Source: Amoebophrya sp. A120
Taxonomy: Eukaryota > Protista > Dinoflagellata
Reading direction: 5' to 3'
NCBI GenBank assembly: GCA_905178155.1
Contig: CAJINV010000013.1
Location: 1,326,392 to 1,390,391 of the forward strand
DNA length: 64,000 nucleotides
In this document: positions 37,311-49,304 of the stretch, in pieces
Layout: every line of letters starts with the position of its first letter
How positions within the stretch are numbered: the stretch's first letter is position 1
Position numbers and translations under genes: made by a program
The notes under the pieces: generated by a model
What the model was told of the DNA's origin: nothing
The model's database searches: none
The model's input: only the letters and a program-made list of their open reading frames with translations

Positions 37311-40025
37311 AGAGCGGGAAAAATCGTTCGTGGGTTCGAACAAGAAGTGTTTTGGCAAAAAAAACACGACGCGACAATATTAATATGCACCAAACTCATC
37401 ATGCTTTTTCAGTACCCCTGGAAACATGAAGAAACGTCTCGGCCTTTTACAAGTTTTACAAAAAGTTTGTTTGTTTTCAATCAGTTCATCAGTAGAATTT
37501 TTACCACTTTACTAAAGTACGCATAGGAAAGATCATGAACCACACAAACATACTACATATATTTTTTTGTCATTTCGTTTCGATCTTCTACAGCAATACA
37601 AATAAAAATCAAGATGGTACAGTATCCACTTTTATTTTCTTCTCAATTCAATTTCAACAAAGCAAAAATTCCAATTTACAATTTACAATATATTACAAGC
37701 AGTTTATTATTATTCTTTTGTCAAGCGTTTGATATTCTACTCTCAGAACCACCACTAGAAACCGATGAATGTGGGCAAGGTTTAGAACTTCTATCTGGGG
37801 AAAAATAAAAAAGCGTAGTATGTCAGAAGTTCTGTACCCCAGAATTGAGTTCGGAAAAGATATTTTATTACGACGGGTAAAAGATATTTTGCACGATTCG
37901 CTCGCGATTTGGGCTGGGAGTTTGTTTTTTAGTAGAAATATCAAGTCGAACAAATTCAAGTTTTCTCGTTTGATGAGTTTCTTTTGTCCTGTCTACCCGA
38001 CAGAGCAAAGTGATTCAAATGGTTCTGCTCTACTTTATTTCCCACCACAGGCACACCCCTAACCCCTTCTCCGCAGAACGACCCCAATCTCCTATGCAAA
38101 GCACCACCACGACGACCCGACGTGCTCTTGCTCGTCATAGCCATGACCATGAAAAGCAAATTTGTCTACCCCGCTGAAGAATTTGAATTTTGTCCCAAAG
38201 TAGACACGGAAACCCTCCAGGAAAGGCTCACAAAGTCATCTTAATGTCATTTACGAATCACTGGCACCTTGTTGCCAGTAAGTACGAAAGAAATATGTTA
38301 ACCGGGTCGTCATGACTGTGTTCCAGCCGGTAAGGCAAGTGGCGGAAGTAGCTCTCCTTTGTGATGAAGCTTGTGCGTTTATAATTCAGAGGCACTTTCA
38401 TCTTTTTCGCCAGACAACGCATTTGTCTCAGGAGCTTGTGCGAAATTAATTACTTCCAATGTGTTTCTCGGAGTTCTAATTCCCTCCTTAATTCGCTGAG
38501 ATGATTCTCGGTAGTGGGTGTGCGTATTTTTTCTGGATGAAGCGATCCATCAAGAACCAGGATCCTCGCAGCGACAGTGCTTCACCGACCGATGCAGCTC
38601 TGGCTGATCATGATCTAGGTTTTCTGTAAGTTCCCGGGTGTTGCGTCAAAGGAAGGTTTGATTCCCGATATTCAGTGTGGTTTATAATATCAAGCTGGTG
38701 TTGTATCACTCGAGTCTTCTTATTCGAGGTGTCAGCTTTTTCCCAGCGAGTAAGAACCAAAATCAATCTGCCCGACTTAGTTAATAGAGCAGTTGATAAA
38801 AAAGTTGTTGATAATTATATATGAAGCAGTTGATTTTCAAGTAAGAAGAAGTTTGTTTGTTTGTTTGTAGTTATGCGTCAAGGTGGGAACGCGTTTACTC
38901 ACCTTTTTTCTCTAGCGCTATTTCAATAAAAATCCTCTCTGGCACCAGAACCAGAAGCGCTGAAAAAACCCGGGACTACTACTGCTCTTGTGAAAGTAAA
39001 GGGAAGTAAGACTGACTAAGAATAGCTGCTAACTCAAAGAAAAATAACCCTTCCTGACTACAACTACGATGCTGTGATCGTCCCTTCTAGCTGTTGCTGT
39101 TCAAAAAATACGGATTGCGTTGTCGAAGTTAAAGCTTCAAGTTTAAATCTCTAAAAGTCGCCAGGTCTATAGTAGAATTTCGATCCGTAAAATTTTCGTT
39201 TGGGATACAAGCTTTTTGAATTTCTTTTATTTCTGTCTGCTTCTGCGTCAAAGTTTCAAAGTCTAAAGTGGTCGCTTACGTCGTAGTTCAGGTTTTCAAG
39301 TACAGCCATACTTAAGTTTCGAATCTTTTTCAAATTTGTCTGAGAGATCCCTGCACGAGCGAAAAGGCTCAGCTTCAACTTCCGATAAGGCCTCCAGCAC
39401 ACTGTTGCGTCCTCCCATCCGTCCTCCACTTCGGCTCCGGAACTGCACGGCCAGTTTCCGCATCTCCCCAGTCACTAAGAAGTTCGACTAATGCATTTTA
39501 TTCCTCCTGTTTTTTCGTTTTGAGTAATACCGATCGAAGATACTCCACTGCACATGTAGTGTTTCTATCAAAGATACTATTCAGAGTGACTGGACTTTTT
39601 TTTGAATTGGCCGGAATTTCAATTTCCATCTATTTTGTTGGACCTTGAATCAAGCGAATGCATGTGTGATCATTGCAAAAAATTCCTCTGTAAAAGGGTA
39701 AAATGAAGGTTGTGTCGTTTGATGAAAAATCTACATTCATCCTTTCATTTTATTTTTTCGGGTTTGGAAAATTTTTTGTATTTTGGCACCTCGGTTATGT
39801 GATATTGCAGACATTGAGATCTTTGTCAGAAAAAATTTTGCCCGGTCTACATTTTTCTTGGGGACGCGCGTCGTTGGAAGGTTCCTTCCGAGATTTCGAC
39901 ACGGGCTGCTTTTTTTTCCCCGTGCAACACAGCGCCCCTCCTGTGCAGAACAACAATCAAGTACTTGAATCATGATGCTATGCATGCGTTTTCTTTTTTT
40001 TTTGGTTCTTCGGAATCTTTTTGAG

Positions 40026-43000
40026 CCGGTCGCCCGGTATCCTACAGAACAGCACACCCACGGTACCAATTGCGCTGCAGTTTCTATGTAAGAAAAAAGC
40101 TGCTTTGTTTTGTTCAGGATTACAAACCTGCTTAGTACCTCTCTGATCCCTTTTCTGCATTAATACAGTGCTTAAAGATAAAAAACTCAAACTGAAACAA
40201 CACACGCCTGGGATTATGGAAGAAGTGTGTTCATATTTTGTAATTGCAGTAATGCATTTGCATGCCGATGCAAGGATCAGCGTGGCAAAGTTTTTTGTGG
40301 TGCCATAAAAACAGCAACACAGATTCATTTTCTGTTGGTATGGGTGTGCTTTCCTCTTGGATAGCCGGGACCTAGGTTTCGAGTGTACGCGGCTGCGGTC
40401 GTCTGCCATATGCATTGCAAATGTGTCTGGATCTGGATGGCTGCAACTTGTGATGTTGCTGACTGTGGATTCTAGAAAAATCTGTATTGCATGACCAGCA
40501 ATACAACGAGTCCAGTTTGTGCTACGCGGAGAGGGCATTTGTCATGCGGAATAGGCATCAGGAACGCGTCTAGCAATCTGTGCTGCTAGGTCATGCATTA
40601 CAGGCATCCTGGGTCATGCAAAATATGCATGACAAGCCTTGCATCCTTCCAGACCCAGACATATTTGCATTTGATATGCTAACCGCCTTGCCGCGAGAGA
40701 TCAACGAGAGCAGGAAAGCGGACGCCGGCCACGACGAATCCAACGTCAGGTATAATGAAAAATCGTAGAAGGGAGTCTTCTATTTGTAAAGATTCCGGTT
40801 GTGTGGAGTTAGACGCAGAAGTCGTACTTTTACTATCTACGAACAATCAAACCTCAGCTTGGACCCGATGTATACTGTGCATTTTACAACAGTTTTGACA
40901 TCATCACTTGTCGGCGCCGTGCTATTGGGCACTATCTGGAGCAGTAATCTGGAGTGTAGAGTTTTCGCATTTCATGGGTGATTCTTCTTAGTACTACTAG
41001 GTAACGCCAGCAGTAGGGGCCAAGCAGCAAGCGCTCACGGCACCGACGTCCTGGGCGGATGAAACAGGTGCGTATAATAGTACCATTCCGTTTGAAACGG
41101 GTTCGACCACATGCAAGATAAGTTTTTTGTCGCAGGTTTTTGTGCGCGCATTTTTTATTGCCGGATTCAAATGCATCAAAAATAAAAAACTTAAATGTGT
41201 AAAAAAAGCATTAAGCGTTTTAATTCATTTACAGTCGATAATCACGATGCGGCGTCGGACGGCAGGCAGCATTCGGAGGAAGCGCGAGGATCAGCAGCAG
41301 CTGATCCGTTCCCGCCGGATTATCAAATGCAAACAGGTCTGGGTGAAGAAAAATGCGTATCATACAAGAAATGGTCTCAAATGCCCGCAAAAGCATTGGA
41401 GGTTTAGCGTAGGTCTCTGGATGCCTTTCCCGCATGAACAGTGCGCTATCTGCGTTGTAGCAGAAGATGGGCAACTGTTGGAATGCATGTGGTATGCAAC
41501 ACTCAGAGAATTTTGTGTGATCCCGAATTTGCATCAAGGACAGACGTATTTGCAATGCATATTAAGGAGCGTCGATCCCCATCCCCAGCTCACAGCGCGG
41601 CCGCGACGGTTGGCAGTTCCGAGCACAGCAGCAAACAATCTCGGTCGGGTTCTCGGTCCGCATCCCCAGCGCACAGCGCGGCCGCGACGGTTGACAGTTC
41701 CGAGCACATCAGCGAACAATCTCGGTCGGGTTCTCGGTCCGCATCCCCAGCGCACAGCAGGGCCGCGACGGTTGACAGTTCCGAACACATCAGCGAACGA
41801 TCTCGGTCGCGTTCTCCGCACTTCGCACGTGCTACGTGAGACAAAAAAGCCGGCGAGTCATGTTTGCAATGAAAAAGAAAAAAACCAAAAAGCAAAGAAA
41901 AACTGGCATGGGCAAACCTGCAGCGTGCTGCTTCAGGCATGTAAGACAGAAAAACCTGGCGTGGGCAATCCTGCAGTGTGCTGCTTCAGGTAGGTAAGAC
42001 AGACTCTTTTGTGTATTTATTTTTGCATTCGTAAGTAGACAGACTCATTGTAGTTGTTCATTGTTCATTTACTGTTGCATTGCAAATGTCCCCCGGCGCC
42101 GGCTTTTACTCTAGGATAATTGTCCAGCTTAGCGCCGTGCATGATCGTGTCCGTGACGGTCCTGCACCGCCGTTGTATGCAGTGCAAGTAAAAAGTCTGG
42201 ATCGGGATGAGTGCAACGTGTGATCATGCTTCCTGTAGGTCATAAAGATTTAGAAATCTGTTTTGTACGAAAAGCAAAAGCTACTCAGTTTTTGCGACGC
42301 ACACGCAAAGTGTGGACAATTTCTTATGCGGTATATTCACAAATTGTCCGACTAGCACTAGGTCCTCAGGGGAACTTCGACCCACCCAGCCGGGTGGGCC
42401 TTAGATCCCCTGCCCAAAAAATTCGGTTATGAGTCCACCACCGCTAAAAGTTAAATTATGAATCCACCCCAAGAATGAGCTCATTGATTTTTTGGGCAGC
42501 AGGGGACCCAAGGGCCAAGGCCCACCCGGCTGGGTGGTGCGAAGTTCCCCGGAGGACCTAGTTGAGCAATTTGTGACCCTCCTCTAAGCATTATGTTTCG
42601 AGCCGAGCAATTAGAAGTTATGCTAGATTCTGCATCAATAAGCCAAACCTTGCGAGCCATGGAAAAATCTGCATCGCAAAGACCTGCATTCTTCCAGACC
42701 AAGACATATTTGCAATGCACACGCTGCAATTATCCGCTGGACTGTCGACGGCTCTTGCCCGCGGCACGTTCTCCCCGAGCCAGGTCCAACGCACAGAAGA
42801 CTCCAGTACAGCCAGCCGCGTGGCGGTCGAGGACCCCCAGCCGTACATCTTCCGAATCCGTGCGTCGCCCATGGGGGAATGGGTTGAGCAGGACGATCAC
42901 ACGCGCATGTGGGATCTGCAGGTACCGTTTCACGAGTTGACATGCGTGTGCACGTTGGCGCTCTGTGGTTCTTCGTCCGGAGGCACCACCCCAGGGGGCC

Positions 43001-46000
43001 GTGTTGTTGCTCCGCGTCAGCCGGTATGTGTTGCAAATATGTCTGTGATGTCCTCTGGGCGAAAGAACTAAACTTGTCATGCTTGTCTGGCATGACTCTG
43101 AGGTACTACATTTTGGTGCAAGATCACGAAAAGATTTTTTTGCTTGTCATGTAAGAACGCAGTCTGCCATTCGGTGCCCCCATTACTATTCGCCGACTAG
43201 CATAATTACAGACATATTTGCAATGCATAGCAGGAAGGCGAACGAGATCCCCCGGCGCGCATGTACAAGCTGTGCTCCAGTCCGGTGGTGATCGACTGTA
43301 AACTGCGGGAGCCCCAAAAAGAATCCGTTCCTCCCCCCGGGGATTTGTCGGGACTTGGTTGGCGGTGCACTAAAATGTCCCAGTTGCGGCTGAATAGCAC
43401 GAGCTCGTCAATTTTCCCCGGCATCCCGCTGGACCGCGTCGCGAAGCTCGCTGTGGACAAGGTATCGTAAAGAAAAATCCCCCCTCCCCATATCGAAAGC
43501 GTATCCGTCTGAAAATTTGCGATGCGCATTTGCGACCTCAAATCCTGTCTGTCTTGCAAGAAGGCAAGTCCAGAAAGCGTTTCGCATTTTGCAGGCGGTT
43601 TGTAATGCTGTTTGGCTTAGAGCATACACGTTTGTCATGCTAGGCGCCTACGTCAAAACCTCTCGACTGAGGCTTGGCATATGCCTGCATTCCTCTACTG
43701 CAAGACAAATCTGATTTGTGTATGGAAATCCAGCATCAGAAACTTCGTTTCGATATGGGGAGGGGGGATTTTTCCTTTCGATACAAGGGAAAGGAGGTTT
43801 ACACGCTACCACACTATGGAGGGAAAGTGCGTGATTTTCCCGGCTGCTGCTAGCTCTAGAAGAAAAAAGCCAGCTGGTCGTGCGAGTTTTCCCATAAGGC
43901 GCTTCTGGTGATGCAAAACGCTAAAGCAAAAAGCACACCAAGCCGCATGGAAGTGAGTGACTTTCATGGAGATAAGTGATATATAATTTTTGGCGTGCTT
44001 TTTGATTTTGCATGATGTAGCAAATCCGCATGACAATTTTCTCAGGGCTAGCATCACTCCCGAAGATCGTTCATTTTCCCGCTATACACCAGAAGGTGCG
44101 GACACGGATAGCGACTCGGAGCCGCCGTCTGGCCTCCAGACGCCCGGTCAGGAGGAAGATCATTCGGGTGATGACGCAGATCGTCCAACCGGCGGACGGC
44201 GTGGGCCCGAGCAAGCGACGAGCCTGGCCCGCGCCGCAAGGAGGCTCCTGAAGCCGACACAAGTGGCTTTTCCGCTGTTCTGTTTCAGTGACAAGTTTTT
44301 GAAGCAGAAGCCGTGCGTGGTCTCCGGGCAGCACGGGACGCGACTGATTTATCAGGACCAGCTGCGGAAATACAAGGAGGCACGGTTCTACGAGAAGCAC
44401 GCAACGAATGTTCCGAATTGGCAGGCCATCTACTTCGTTTCCCGTCTGCGGTTTCCGGATACAACTACCAGCACGAGAGGACGAGATATGGGAGTGCAGA
44501 ACCTCCCTCCCCCTCGTTCTTTGTGCTGCAGAATCAATACAAAGTCTACACCTTGCCTTGAAGCACTCTCTGCATGCTAAATTTTGAAACCTTAAAAAAC
44601 GCCAGCACTTCTGTCCGTGTGGAGATTTGTCGTGCGGAAGCCACATTGACATTGATTTCTCCCGTTGTTTGTGTTGCTACTCACGCCGTTCGTATGAGGG
44701 GAAGAGGGAGTTGTGCAATCTCATACGAGAGCCGTCCACGACGCAAGAGCCCCTCGTGGAAACGCTTGTCATTTGTGACGGAAATTTTCAGCTGCAGCCC
44801 TACTGTCCGGCGGTGTCGCTCGGGGACCCACAGAGGGCACTACCTGCTTCGGGCCAAGGAACCAGTTCTCTACAGGACCCGGAAGACGACGATGCCGACA
44901 TGGAGCAGCTTATTCTGCGCTGGCGGCGGTTCACCGTAGACCCGGAGGAGAAAAACGACGAGCTCCGGTGGATTAAGGCGGACCTGAGGGTTTTTCTGGA
45001 GGATCTGCGTCAGCACCAGAACGGGGAACAGGACGGCGGTGCTGCGATCGACTGCGTCCATCCCGACGCGTGCTTTTTGCACTGGAAAACTGAAACGGTC
45101 GTGCATGCCATGGACGGCTGGAAGGACCTGTACCTGTCGAAGAGCTCCGACTGCGTGGTGGGCCGAACGATCAAAAGCATCTGCCAGGAACAACTGCTAG
45201 CTTCTTGTTCCGATGAAGTTGGGTCGACCACGACGGCTGGGGGTTCCACTTCCTCTTCCTCGGGGATGGAGCAATCTGCGTGTGAACAACGACCTTCCGC
45301 ACCAGCACGCCCGTCGAAGCGCCTGCGCCGTTTCCGGCCCCGGAACGAGCGGCTGCACCGCATTCACACGGAGCCGCCGAGTCCGCTCATTTGGAAGAGC
45401 CGCAAGTTTTGCGACGGGCGGTCTAAGCCTCGTACGAAGACAGCGCGGCGCAGTGCGCTGCACTGGAACGACCCCGAGTTCGTTTCAACGCGGTTTCGGG
45501 AGGAAGCCGCGATCACCGCCCAAGCCACCGCCCGGTTCGACAGCCAAAACATCCGAATGCCGCTCCTGAGGGGCGCCAGTAGCGTGGTTCCCCGCGCTAT
45601 CGCCAGGAAAAACTGTTTCAGTCTCAACTTTGCAGGATCAGCAATACAAGTTTGATCAGCATGACACGGAAAACCCGTGATGCGTAAGACACAAGAGCAA
45701 GCTCATAGGAAAGACGACTTTCTTGCATCTCGAGCATGAAAAAAACTTCCTGAAGGAACTTGCGCATTACAAGTTGAGACTGAGACAGTTTTTTCTCACG
45801 ATGCGCGACCGTGGAACAAGTCCCGCTTCGTCGCCAGCAACTGCTGCAGGACAACCAAGAAGTAGGACAACTACCGGTGATGATCCGGAAATACCGCAGC
45901 GTCATCTCTGTAGTATCGACGTGGCTATTGTTCCCGTCGCGTGCGGGGCGAGGACGGGAGAGGAGCCCATCTATCCTGTGTAACAAGGTCCCCACCTCGC

Positions 46001-46655
46001 CTTTGTCATGCAAAACTGCAAGCCTAATCCTAAACGCTAAAATGTTTCTAACGCGCAGGAACCCCACGGGGAGCATTTCCTCACGTTATCTGGATTCTGG
46101 AAGCTCTTCAACATGAGAAACAGGATGAGAGGAGCCATCGATGTTCTTGATACGGCTCCACTAGCCAAACCGGTCATGCCCAAATTCGTGCAGTCTGTTT
46201 GTACGAGCTGTCATGCGCAACACGACACAGAGCTTGTTGGTTTGTGCAGCAAAATGCCCATCTTGAATTTAACGCGGAGACGTTTTTACAGAGGATACAG
46301 TCCTGGTTTGCCTCATCCCGCTGCGGAATACCATCACGAGGGACGCGATCGTCCGTACCGCAGGCACTACGTCTATGCAAGAAAAAAACTTTCATGTATG
46401 CGCAGGATTCAACACACCTAGACTTGCCATCCTAGCTAGCCATGAAGTCCTCTTTTCAGATGTGTATGCACGTGCTACTGCTCGGTTTGCATGACAGGCT
46501 CTCTCTTGCATGCAGAGCAAATTTATCATGCTGTCACTCCGAAATGCCCACTGGGTACGCGTATAGTAGCACCGTTTTTTTCTTGGATAAGGTCGGTGGA
46601 AGAACTGCTTCACCAGTTCGCGGACCAGCAGGGAACCGCCACCAGGGCCTTTTGA
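40026..46655 (+). CDS. Highly fragmented hypothetical protein gene (5' end not located; at least 15 exons, 12 TIR introns)
   Basis: Sequentially removing the TIR elements (+5 nt) and two GT-AG introns chains ORF fragments 41195, 41441, 42715, 43261, 43990, 44627 and 45723 into one frame ending …GTATRAF* at 46655. No recognisable domain. Confidence 0.65.
40085..40363. mobile_element. Degenerate TIR introner (279 nt)
   Basis: TATGTAAGAAAAAAGC / GCTTTCCTCTTGGATA. TSD decayed. Confidence 0.55.
40409..40676. mobile_element. TIR introner, family A variant (268 nt), TSD TGCCA/TGCTA
   Basis: TATGCATTGCAAATGTGTCTGGATCTGGA / TCCAGACCCAGACATATTTGCATTTGATA. Confidence 0.85.
41321..41561. mobile_element. 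TIR introner, family A variant, opposite orientation to 40409 (241 nt)
   Basis: TATCAAATGCAAACAGGTCTG / CAGACGTATTTGCAATGCATA. TSD decayed, frame restored. Confidence 0.75.
41580..41820 (+). repeat. Three tandem 81-nt coding repeats (27 aa, SPAHSAAATVDSSEHISEQSRSGSRSA)
   Basis: Units start at 41580, 41661 and 41742. Confidence 0.9.
41833..42118. mobile_element. Degenerate TIR introner (286 nt)
   Basis: TACGTGAG..AAAAGCCGGCG / CGCCGGCTTTTACTCTAGGATA. Frame restored (FARA-QLSAVH). Confidence 0.6.
42176..42721. mobile_element. Family A variant introner enlarged by a nested element (546 nt), TSD CGTTG/CGCTG
   Basis: TATGCAGTGCAAG… / …CTTCCAGACCAAGACATATTTGCAATGCACA. Frame restored (PPL-QLSAG). 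Confidence 0.8.
42337..42576. mobile_element. Nested foldback/MITE-like element with ~80-nt inverted arms
   Basis: ACTAGGTCCTCAGGGGAACTTCG..CCACCCAGCCGGGTGGGCC..CTGCCCAAAAAA versus TTTTTTGGGCAG..GGCCCACCCGGCTGGGTGG..CGAAGTTCCCCGGAGGACCTAGT, with outer TCACAAATTG/CAATTTGTGA. Confidence 0.75.
43025..43229. mobile_element. TIR introner, family A variant (205 nt), TSD GCCGG/GCAGG
   Basis: TATGTGTTGCAAATATGTCTGT / ACAGACATATTTGCAATGCATA. Confidence 0.85.
43463..43783. mobile_element. TIR introner, family B (321 nt), TSD CAAGG
   Basis: TATCGTAAAGAAAAATCCCCCCTCCCCATATCGAAA / TTTCGATATGGGGAGGGGGGATTTTTCCTTTCGATA. Perfect TSD. Confidence 0.93.
43815..44086. mobile_element. TIR introner (272 nt), TSD CACAC/CACCA
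   Basis: TATGGAGGGAAAGTG..GAT..TGCTAGC versus the right-end reverse complement TATAGCGGGAAAATG..GAT..TGCTAGC. Frame restored. Confidence 0.75.
44487..44725. mobile_element. TIR introner, family D (239 nt), TSD CGAGA
   Basis: TATGGGAGTGCAGAACCTCCCTC / GAGGGAGTTGTGCAATCTCATA. Perfect TSD. Confidence 0.87.
45598..45803. mobile_element. TIR introner (206 nt), TSD CGCGC/CGCGA
   Basis: TATCGCCAGGAAAAACTGTTTCAGTCTCAACTT / AAGTTGAGACTGAGACAGTTTTTTCTCACGATG. Confidence 0.85.
45972..46297. mobile_element. TIR introner, family C-like (326 nt), TSD CCATC/CAGTC
   Basis: TATCCTGTGTAACAAGGTCCCC / GGAGACGTTTTTACAGAGGATA. The right arm resembles the copy at 31908. Confidence 0.75.
46374..46589. mobile_element. 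TIR introner (216 nt), TSD ACGTC/AGGTC
   Basis: TATGCAAGAAAAAAAC / GTTTTTTTCTTGGATA. Frame restored to the last exon. Confidence 0.8.
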
Positions 46656-49304
46656 GGTTGCGTCACCACGTTATTTGGGGGATCATTTGTAGTTCGTGTC
46701 AAAAGAGGTTTTTTTTTTCCGAAAAGTGTGCGATTTATGTGTTCTTTTATTTGTTCTTTATTACCGTCTGATGAAAACATAAAGATAATTAAACTACTTG
46801 CATAAACAAGAGTGAGCACGAAGACTGTCTTTAGGAGGTGAACTCAGCTCCTTTTTTTTTTGCGAAAAACATGTTTTAGATGTTGGTTTTGTACAAGTTC
46901 TTCGCTCGTATTTTTGCAACCTTTTTGCATATCCATTGTTGGAGGCACGTAGCGTCGATTCTTGCAGAGATTCGTTTTTTTGGGTGCCGCAACATGCACC
47001 CTTTGGAAGGCTTACGACTCAGGGGACACTATTATTTTTCTCTTCGTAACAAGAATACAGCTGTAGCGCATGATCATGAAGATCTTGCTGCCCATGTTGT
47101 GCCAGTCTAGGGCTCTTATTTGTAGGACTGCAGCAGATTATGTCAGCCCCAGGTTAGACTTAGAACACAGAATTACAGGAAACGGGAATATTAATATTAA
47201 AATGCGCGACCGTTTCTAGGACTTAAGTAGGCTTCCATCAAAGCAACTCCACAACGATCACTGCACCGGATAGGAGGATTGTCGAGTAAATTGATTTTAA
47301 GTTTGAAGGCCATGAAGCAGGCAACGATATGCAGATTTGGTGCTGGGTCGTCGGCACCATACAGAGCAAGTGCTAGTACTTATACGTGATGATGAAAATA
47401 GGAATACAATATCGCAGCTTCGAGTGGTTGACCTGTAGCTCCTAGCTTGTGATATTTATGTCGACTTCGAGTATGCCTCGGTGTCCAGAAGATAGAAGAT
47501 GGCTAAGCAAGCACATCGCCGCAGGAGCACCTGTTGCGGAGAAAGTGTCTTGAGCAGAAAGATTCGTTAAGTTGGAGTTGCTATCAAAACCTCTTTTGTC
47601 CTATCGGGCTCCGTGTCGAAACATCATCACGATGTCGCATGAGGCCATTGATTAGCGTGAATCTAGGCGAGATTTTGTTTTTGTGAAGTTGCTAACTTTC
47701 AACACGATTTTTACGATCGAATCCTCAGAGGGATGCTCCCTACCTCTGGATTCTTGCGATTAGCAAGGTTGCGAAACTCGTAATTGTTGGTATAATATCC
47801 GTGCTTCCCTGCTCACCTTTGATATCTAGATCGCGAGAAGCGGCGCACGGAACATATGCTAGCATTTGCGGTATTGCAAATTATATGACGAATATTCGAG
47901 TACGAGTTTTATCTGTATCTGATAGCTGCAATAATGCTAGATTGATGTTGACGTTGATAAAATGATTTGAGGAGCGTGCAAGGAGTGAAACGAATACCGA
48001 AGCAAAATTAGTAGAATCGAGGATAGGAACTGCATGCGGATCAAATTCAGAATAAGTAGAAACGGCGTAGTAGCTGCTGGCGGGGGCGACACTTGCTGCT
48101 ACCGAAGAAACTACGCTTGCGTTGCTGCTATCGAAGAATACGAAATGCGACTGCATCTTCCGAAAAAATGCAAGAGAATACAGAAAACTCACAATTTCGA
48201 AGCCACCCGCGTGTTGGCATGAAGATGATGAGGAAATTATATATAGTGAATCGCGGCGCAATAGAAAATAGAAATGACGAAGCAGTAGAGAATTCGAGCG
48301 CGAGCAAACTAGCAACAGCTACTTCTGCTGAAAAGTAGGGAGACGCTGATTCATAGCAAGAAAGAAAGTGAACGTGAAGCCGAAAAACAAAAAGTATGAA
48401 ATAACCCGGGATGAAAATGGGTAAGATTATACTCGACGAAAATGTCCGAACGTTTTTTCATGGGCAGAGGAAGTGAATGTTGATACATACGAAGAATTTG
48501 TTCCGGCTGCAGGTAGAGGAGAAGAGTGATGGAGTGTGACGAGTGAGCAACGACGAGAGACGAGAAAGCAACAGGTGCCAGTAACAAGGCGAAGCACAAC
48601 AAGTAATCGCTTCGATTCGGACTTCTAAGCATGAGGAAATTTTATTTTTAACACACGCGCTAGGTACTGCTCGTTAGAAATAAAATACCACCTAAAAGTT
48701 GGTTTTTCCCGTGGAAGAGAACTCGCGTTCGTGAGCAGTGAAGGTACATCAACGAATTACAAAGAGTCGGACGAGAGTTCGTTCTTGCTGAGAGAAGAGA
48801 TTTCGTGGTCGATTGTTTCCTGCTTTCCCCCAAACGTTTACATGTGAACTCCTCGTCATATAAGTTAGTCCTTCTTCCACGATTGATGCAATAGCAATTT
48901 CAACATCTTCTACACAGGCCGCGGGACGACCAGTTTTTTGAGTTTCATCTTATGTTGCGGAAAAAAAAACCGAATATTGTGACGTATCAGAGGCGACGAG
49001 AAAATGACAAAAGTTAACATGCGGCCCATTGTGGAAGGATGATCTCAGTTGGAGAATGAAAGAGATCACCTTCTGGTATAAAAGGACAGCGTCTTTTTCT
49101 TCTTTCTGTGCTGTGAGTGTGCAACCACTTCATCTACGTAGAAGTGCCACCTGCGGTGTGCTAAGTCCTCTGCCGCTGCGAGAGCCGGAAAATAGAGAGC
49201 CACTCTGTCCGTGGAATCAATCAAGAAGACCATTTCATCCGTCGAAGAGGAGGATAACGCGTTGAAATAAAGGGTCTACTTTTCGCTGGAGAAACTGCGT
49301 CAAT

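Noticed and set aside
41580-41820. Possible CRISPR-like array
   Set aside because: The units are contiguous 81-nt coding repeats with no unique spacers, in a eukaryotic gene.
46700-49300. Long region with short ORFs (also 37400-39300 and 23700-25700)
   Set aside because: AT-richer sequence with no supported gene, RNA gene or repeat. Treated as intergenic or UTR.
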